Positions 37,767-43,311 of a DNA stretch of 43,311 bases are shown in pieces (the first letter of the stretch is position 1; every line of letters starts with the position of its first letter). The notes below the pieces were generated by a model. That model worked only from the letters and a program-made list of their open reading frames with translations. It was not told the DNA's origin and made no database searches. The stretch is from an uncultured cyanobacterium (lineage in GTDB: Bacteria; Cyanobacteriota; Cyanobacteriia; Leptolyngbyales; Leptolyngbyaceae). Location of the stretch: NCBI GenBank assembly GCA_963766075.1, contig CAVYAN010000057.1, positions 1-43,311 of the forward strand. Reading direction: 5' to 3'. Both the position numbers and the translations under genes were made by a program.

Positions 37767-40121
37767 TCAATGGGTGGCCGCGCTCAGGATTTGCATAGGC
37801 AGTTCAATAATAAATTGTGTGCCCACAGAAAACGGTGTGACCGCACACGGCATAGCCCCTTCTGCGGGCAAGCGATCTCCCGGACCCGGCTCCACCCTGG
37901 CGGCAGCGGTGCGAGAATGATACGTCAGTTTGCCCCGATGCTGTTCGACAATAATTTGATAGGCGATCGCCAATCCTAAGCCAGTGCCTTGCCCAACCGA
38001 TTTTGTGGTAAAGAAGGGATCGAAAATACGCGATCGCACCGTCGCTGGAATGCCACAGCCATTGTCTGTGATCGCAATTCTGACCCAGCCTTGGTCCAGC
38101 TTAGTGGTTTGAATAGTAAGGGTGGGAGACTGAGAGCTTGCTGGGGTGGCCAGCGTGGAAACATTTTCAACGGAAATTCCGGTAGCCGTTTCCACAGCAG
38201 TCTCGGGAGCATAGCTGTGATCAAAGGCATCAATCGCATTGGTCAGAATGCTGAAAAAAGCCTGATTCAATTGCCCCGCAAAGCAGGCGATCGCGGGCAA
38301 GTGGGCATCATAGACTTTGGTGACAGTAATAGCCGGACGCTGGGTAGTCGCCTGCAAGCGACGATTCAAAAAAACCAGGGCATTATCAAGGCCAAGATGC
38401 AAATCGACAGTTTTCAAATTTGACTCATCCATGCGGGAAAAATTCCGCAGAGAAAGCACAATTTTATGAATCCTCTGAGTTCCCGTTTGCATTGACCCAA
38501 TCATTTTCATTAGATCTGTCTGCAAAAATTCTAAGTCAATCGTATCGAGATATCGTTGGATTTCCGATGGTGGGCTAGGAAAATAGTGATGATAAAGCTG
38601 AACTGCTTTCAGAAGTTGTTCCGTATATTGCTGTGTGTAGCCTAAATTACCATGAATAAAACTGATAGGATTATTGATTTCGTGGGCAATGCCAGCCACG
38701 ATTTGCCCCAACCCTGACATCTTTTCTGTATGGACCAGTTGAGCCTGGGCAATTTGCAAATCCCGGAGGGCCTGGGAAAGATCCTGGGTGCGCTCCTCCA
38801 CCCGTTGCTCCAACTGGTGATTGGTCTGGGCTAAGGTCTCGAAGGAGTCGCGCAACTGCTGGGCCATGTAGTTAAACGATCGCCCCAACAAGCCCACTTC
38901 GCGAACACCGGTAACAGGTACCGACTGCTGCAAATCCCCCGCGGCGATCGCCGCCGACGCCTGCACCAAACGGGTGATCGGCTGGGTCATCCACCGCGTG
39001 GTATAGAGGCCGAGCAAGACGGCTACGCTCAAAGCCAGCAGACACAGGCCAATGGTCTGGCGCGTATTGGCTTGAATCTGGGCCATAAAGTCAGCTTCGG
39101 GCACCGTAATCACCACCAGCCAATCCAGCCCAAGGGGATCTTTCCAAGGCGTCACCTGGACAAATTGCCGCTCACCGTCCAGGGAAAATTCCAACTGCTG
39201 GGACGTGACCACCCCCTGCAAGGTCGGGAATTGTGCCGTGAGGTGCTGGGCTGTGGCCTGAATGAGGCGATCGCTACTGGCTAAGGCCGAGCGCCGCTGG
39301 AACTGATTTTTCCGGCTGGTGTAGAGCCGTTCGTGGGTGGAGGTTGCGACCAACAGCCCGTTGCGCTCGATCACAAACACCTTGCCGTGGGGGCTGACCT
39401 CTAACCGATGCAAAAAATCACTAATATTGGACAGGATGAGGTCAATTCCTAGGGCTCCAATCAGCCGCCGCTGGCGATCGTACAGCGGCGTTGTGGCCGC
39501 AATGGAAATATTTTTATCCAGGGTGCCATCCCAAATGTAAATCTGACTCCAGGTGGGTTTGCCTACCCTGAGGGCGTCCTGGTACCACGCTTCGCGGCGA
39601 TAGTCATAGCTTGGATCCGGCGTGCTGGTAGTGCGATTGCCCTGGGTATCGGTGCTGTAGTCGCGCAGGATATTCCCAGTGGCGGGAGACAATTCTGCGA
39701 TCTTGAGAATGGACGCCGATCCCTCCTCTACATAGCCCACACCCAGGTATTGCCCATTGGTCAAGCCATAGTTGACATAGCCCAGGTCAAACAAGCGCAC
39801 TTGCTGCCAAAAAAATTGGCCCAGTTCTGATAAATTCTGGGTGTCCAACTGCTGTCGCTCAATGGCATGGGCATAGCTTTGGGTCAGCTTTTGGGGAACG
39901 GTCAAGTAGGTATCGAGGTGCTGATCCACGCGATCGCTGATTTCTAGGCGCAGCTTCTGGGCCAGCGCGTTCACGGCTTCTTGCCCATTCCTCAAGGACA
40001 AATACCCGGTCAAGCCAACGGCACTGCCGATTTGCACCACAAACGGGACCACCAACAATAGTTTGAGCGGAATGGGCTGTTTGAGGAACCGAAAAATAAA
40101 TCGCAATGCTTGCAATCCCAT
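37767..40121 (-). CDS. Membrane sensor histidine kinase (TM-dCache-TM-HAMP-HisKA-HATPase)
   Basis: Cache-like WYQDA...PTWSQIY, HAMP PITRL...EVGLLGRSFNYMA, H-box VAGIAHEINNPISF, and NAIDA, DNGCGI, FDPFFTTK and GTGLGL. Confidence 0.92.
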   Translation of the reverse strand: MGLQALRFIFRFLKQPIPLKLLLVVPFVVQIGSAVGLTGYLSLRNGQEAVNALAQKLRLEISDRVDQHLDTYLTVPQKLTQSYAHAIERQQLDTQNLSELGQFFWQQVRLFDLGYVNYGLTNGQYLGVGYVEEGSASILKIAELSPATGNILRDYSTDTQGNRTTSTPDPSYDYRREAWYQDALRVGKPTWSQIYIWDGTLDKNISIAATTPLYDRQRRLIGALGIDLILSNISDFLHRLEVSPHGKVFVIERNGLLVATSTHERLYTSRKNQFQRRSALASSDRLIQATAQHLTAQFPTLQGVVTSQQLEFSLDGERQFVQVTPWKDPLGLDWLVVITVPEADFMAQIQANTRQTIGLCLLALSVAVLLGLYTTRWMTQPITRLVQASAAIAAGDLQQSVPVTGVREVGLLGRSFNYMAQQLRDSFETLAQTNHQLEQRVEERTQDLSQALRDLQIAQAQLVHTEKMSGLGQIVAGIAHEINNPISFIHGNLGYTQQYTEQLLKAVQLYHHYFPSPPSEIQRYLDTIDLEFLQTDLMKMIGSMQTGTQRIHKIVLSLRNFSRMDESNLKTVDLHLGLDNALVFLNRRLQATTQRPAITVTKVYDAHLPAIACFAGQLNQAFFSILTNAIDAFDHSYAPETAVETATGISVENVSTLATPASSQSPTLTIQTTKLDQGWVRIAITDNGCGIPATVRSRIFDPFFTTKSVGQGTGLGLAIAYQIIVEQHRGKLTYHSRTAAARVEPGPGDRLPAEGAMPCAVTPFSVGTQFIIELPMQILSAATH

Positions 40122-40385
40122 GTTTGCCGCTGAATAAAATGCACCTTGTCAATTTTTATCTTGATAGTTTCTTTAGCTTGCCCACAATGGTACGGCAGCA
40201 ATCGTCGATACTATAATCACACCATCAACTCATACAAACTCCTCATATTCCCCACACAAAAGTTATCTTCACGCAAAATGGCTCACCGCTGCAACCAGGC
40301 AACGGCAAGCCAGAGAGGAGAACCGGAGAGGGGAACCCCGTGGGAGGATCAGTCGTCGAGACTGGGTAGACGAAACTGGGTAGAA

Positions 40386-41751
40386 TTAACCCGGTTCAAC
40401 GAGCTGTTGGGCCAAACGGTTATGCTTTTCCAGGAGACTCGGCAAATCGAGGGTAGTCAAGCGCCCCTGATCAACCACCCGTTTGCCATTGATGAAGCTA
40501 TAGTCAACGGTTTCAGCATGGCAAAAAATGAGGGCCGCGACAATATCGTGATGGGCTCCGGCAAATTGGGGCCGATCCAGATTCATGGCAATAAAATCAG
40601 CGGACATGCCAGGGGCGATCGCCCCAATATCATCCCGGCCCAGCACCCTGGCCCCGCCCAAGGTTGCCATTTCCAAAATCTCCCGCGCCGACATGACCGT
40701 GGGATCACAGTCGCGCACCCGCGCCATCAAAAACGCTGTGCGCGCTTCCAGAAACAAATTGCTGCTGTCATTTGAGGCAGAACCATCTACCCCCAATCCC
40801 ACCGGCACCCCATAATCCAACATTTTGCGGATCGGGGCCATGCCACTGGCAAGGCGCATATTGCTACAGGGACAGTGGGCAACGCCAGTCCCCGTTCTGC
40901 CAAATTTTTGAATCGAGTCGTCGCTCAGTTGCACACAGTGGGCGTGCCAGACATCCTCCCCCAACCAGCCCACAGATTCGGCATAGTCACCGGGGATCAT
41001 GCCAAAGTTAGCCAAACTGTAGCTGACATCGGTCTGGTTTTCAGCGAGATGGGTATGCAGGCGCACCCCTTTGTAGGCACGGGCCATGGCCGCCGACTCG
41101 CGCATCAAATCCCGTGACACCGAAAAGGGGGAGCAGGGTGCAAGGGTCATCCGCAGCATGGCGTGGCGGGAATTGTCATGGTACTGTTCGATGAGTCGCT
41201 GAGAATCCTGGAGAATTGCGGGCTCTGACTCGACGAGAGTATCTGGAGGGAGTCCGCCTTGACTCTCCCCTACACTCATACTGCCCCGACTGGCATGGAA
41301 GCGCAGGCCAATTTCTGCGATCGCGGCAATTTCGTCATCCAGCGGGCAGCCATTGGGATAAATGTACAAATGGTCACTGGCCGTGGTGCAGCCCGACAAC
41401 ATTAATTCCGCCGCCGCAACTTGAGCACTAACTGCAATCGCTTCGGGGGTTAAGTTGGCCCAAATCGGATACAGGGTTTGTAACCAGTTAAACAGCGAAC
41501 AGTTCTGCGCGGCTGGAATCACCCGAGTCAGGGTTTGGTAAAAGTGATGGTGGGTATTCACTAGGCCGGGAAGGACCGCGTGGCGATCGCCTGAAATCCA
41601 GCACATCATCAGCGGTCGACGGCAGTTCGGCAATCGTGCCCACCTGCTCAATGACATTATCTCGCACCAAAATTGCCCCATGCCGAATTTCGCGGCGGTG
41701 GGCATCCATCGTCACTAGCGTATGAATGTTTTTAACCAACAGAGTAGTCAT
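40386..41751 (-). CDS. 8-oxoguanine deaminase-like amidohydrolase (one +1 indel near 41595)
   Basis: MTTLLVKNIHTLVTMD...ADDVLD joins GDRHAVLPGLVNTHHHFYQTLTR; also LHTHLAE, HCPCSNMRLASG and GVDGSASND. Span is 1366 bp = 455 codons + 1. Confidence 0.88.
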
Positions 41752-41847
41752 GCGATCGCCCGCGTAGGTTTAAGTAGATAAATGATGGGTTACTATATCA
41801 CCCCGGACCCACAGACTCCATGGGAAAACAGGATTGGGAAAACGGGA

Positions 41848-43289
41848 TTATTTCTCTAAGTATTTCTCTAAGGGAACAGACTCCAAAGTCGGCCCCTCTA
41901 AACAGCCTGAAACGGCACAGTTATTCCCCAGGGTATTCCCCATGGGCATCACCAAACTTAACCCCAAGGCACAGAGCGATCCCGCACAAATCCCCGATTG
42001 CAGCACACTTCTTGCCCCCAAGGGCAGGGGAGCCAGCACTTCGGGAAAGAACGTCACCCCCAGGCCCGCCGCCAAGGAAATGGCCAAAATCACTAATTGC
42101 CGATTGTCCATATCAATTTCCTGAAGGATGTTCCATCCCGCCGCCACCACCCGGCCAAACATGAGCATTAGCGCTCCACCCACAACTGCCGTGGGCAGCG
42201 CTAATAGCCCACCACCAGCACCGGGCATAGACCTAAACCCATGAGAATGGCCGCAATGTAATAGCCAACATAGCGACTGCCTACGCCAGTCAGTTGAATA
42301 ATGCCGTTGTTCTGGGCTGGGGTAACAACCGGGAAAGTCCCACAGCAGGCGGCGATTAAGGAGTTAATTCCATCGCCCAACACCCCAGCCTTCAGGCGTT
42401 GCATATAAATCGGTCCGACAATGGGTTCACCCGACACGAGGGAGGTGGCCGTTAAATCGCCCAAGACTTCCAGGGTCAGCGTGATGTAAACAATCGCAAA
42501 GGAGAGAAACGCCGCCCAATCAAAATCCAACCCCATATGGAAGGGTCGCGGCAAATTCACCCAGGGTAATGCGTCAACCGCTCTGAAGTCAGCCATGCCC
42601 CATGCCATCGCCACCCCCGATCCCACCCCCAAACCGATGATCACCGATCCCATGCGTAAATAGCGATTCGAGCTGGCACTACACATTCCAACCAAGACAA
42701 ACACCAGCACCGCTAACGCCCAATTTTGCCAACTGCCAAAGGCCAGTGGGCTGTCCGGCATCGTGATGGCGATCGCCCGTGCTTTAGCACCGCCCGCCAT
42801 GTAAAACATGCCTTCCTTGAGTAAGCACAGCCCAATTAGAGTCACCGCTGTCCCGGTAACCAATGGCGTAAAAATTCGGCGCGTCAGGTGCAAACAGCGA
42901 CTCATGATAATCGGAATCAAAGAACCAAAAAAGCACAGCCCCAGCACCAGCGCTAGCGCTTCCTCAGGAGTTTTGCCTTTACTGAGCGCGGTATCCACCA
43001 CCGCTAAAATCGGCGTTACGAAGGCAAAACTCGTGCCCTGCACACTGAGCAATCCAGAACCAATCGGCCCCACCTGATAGCACTGAATAAACGTACCCAA
43101 TCCCGACACAAACAGAGACATGCCCATGATGTAGACAGCACTCTCTCCCGACACGCCCAGCGCACTCGTAATCAACAATCCGGGAGTGACCACGGGAATC
43201 AAAATAGCGCACACATGCTGCAAAGCGACTAGCAAGGCATCCCTAGGGGGCGGTTGATCGTTCAAGCCATAGACTAGATTAGACCGCAC
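41848..43289 (-). CDS. NCS2 nucleobase:cation symporter (xanthine/uracil permease), frameshift near 42215; start may lie beyond the window
   Basis: ALQHVCA, GSGLLSVQGTSFAF, EVLGDLTATS, NAT-like motif AQNNGIIQLTGVGSR and PTAVVGGALMLMFG. Confidence 0.9.
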
Positions 43290-43311
43290 TTTCGCGATTT
43301 CGCGATCGCTT

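Larger units (their letters stand above)
1..43311. repeat. Dispersed HIP1 octamers (GCGATCGC)
   Basis: Dozens of copies, e.g. 78, 2701, 23537, 23564, 41583 and 43302; a hallmark of cyanobacterial DNA. Confidence 0.95.

Overview
A 43.3-kb cyanobacterial chromosomal segment, judged from dense GCGATCGC HIP1 octamers and the ocp, frp and cpcT genes. From left to right it contains: a HEAT-repeat/cNMP gene pair; DUF2949; DUF2232; cobT; a PotD-like binding protein; a NucA-type nuclease followed by a NACHT NTPase; GNAT, dienelactone hydrolase and phytase-like genes; ocp-frp-cpcT; homogentisate phytyltransferase; an ABC-2 permease; a minus-strand cassette of a SynDLP-type dynamin, three KGK-like domains largely missed by the ORF track, a small HNH nuclease and a PIN-toxin remnant; a strictly 21-bp-phased modular repeat element with palindromes; gltB; bestrophin; DUF3352; CSD-DUF1294; and a minus-strand nitrogen-scavenging cluster (NCS2 permease, 8-oxoguanine deaminase-like enzyme, dCache histidine kinase, Rieske oxygenase, APC permease, SDR, Zn-peptidase). 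Many conserved genes carry single-base indels, most likely long-read errors. I reconstructed these by eye. I found no rRNA, tRNA, CRISPR array or transposase. The best candidates for undescribed biology are the dynamin-KGKx3-HNH cassette, the purine/Rieske cluster and the 21-bp modular element. All family assignments come from motif recognition, not database searches.
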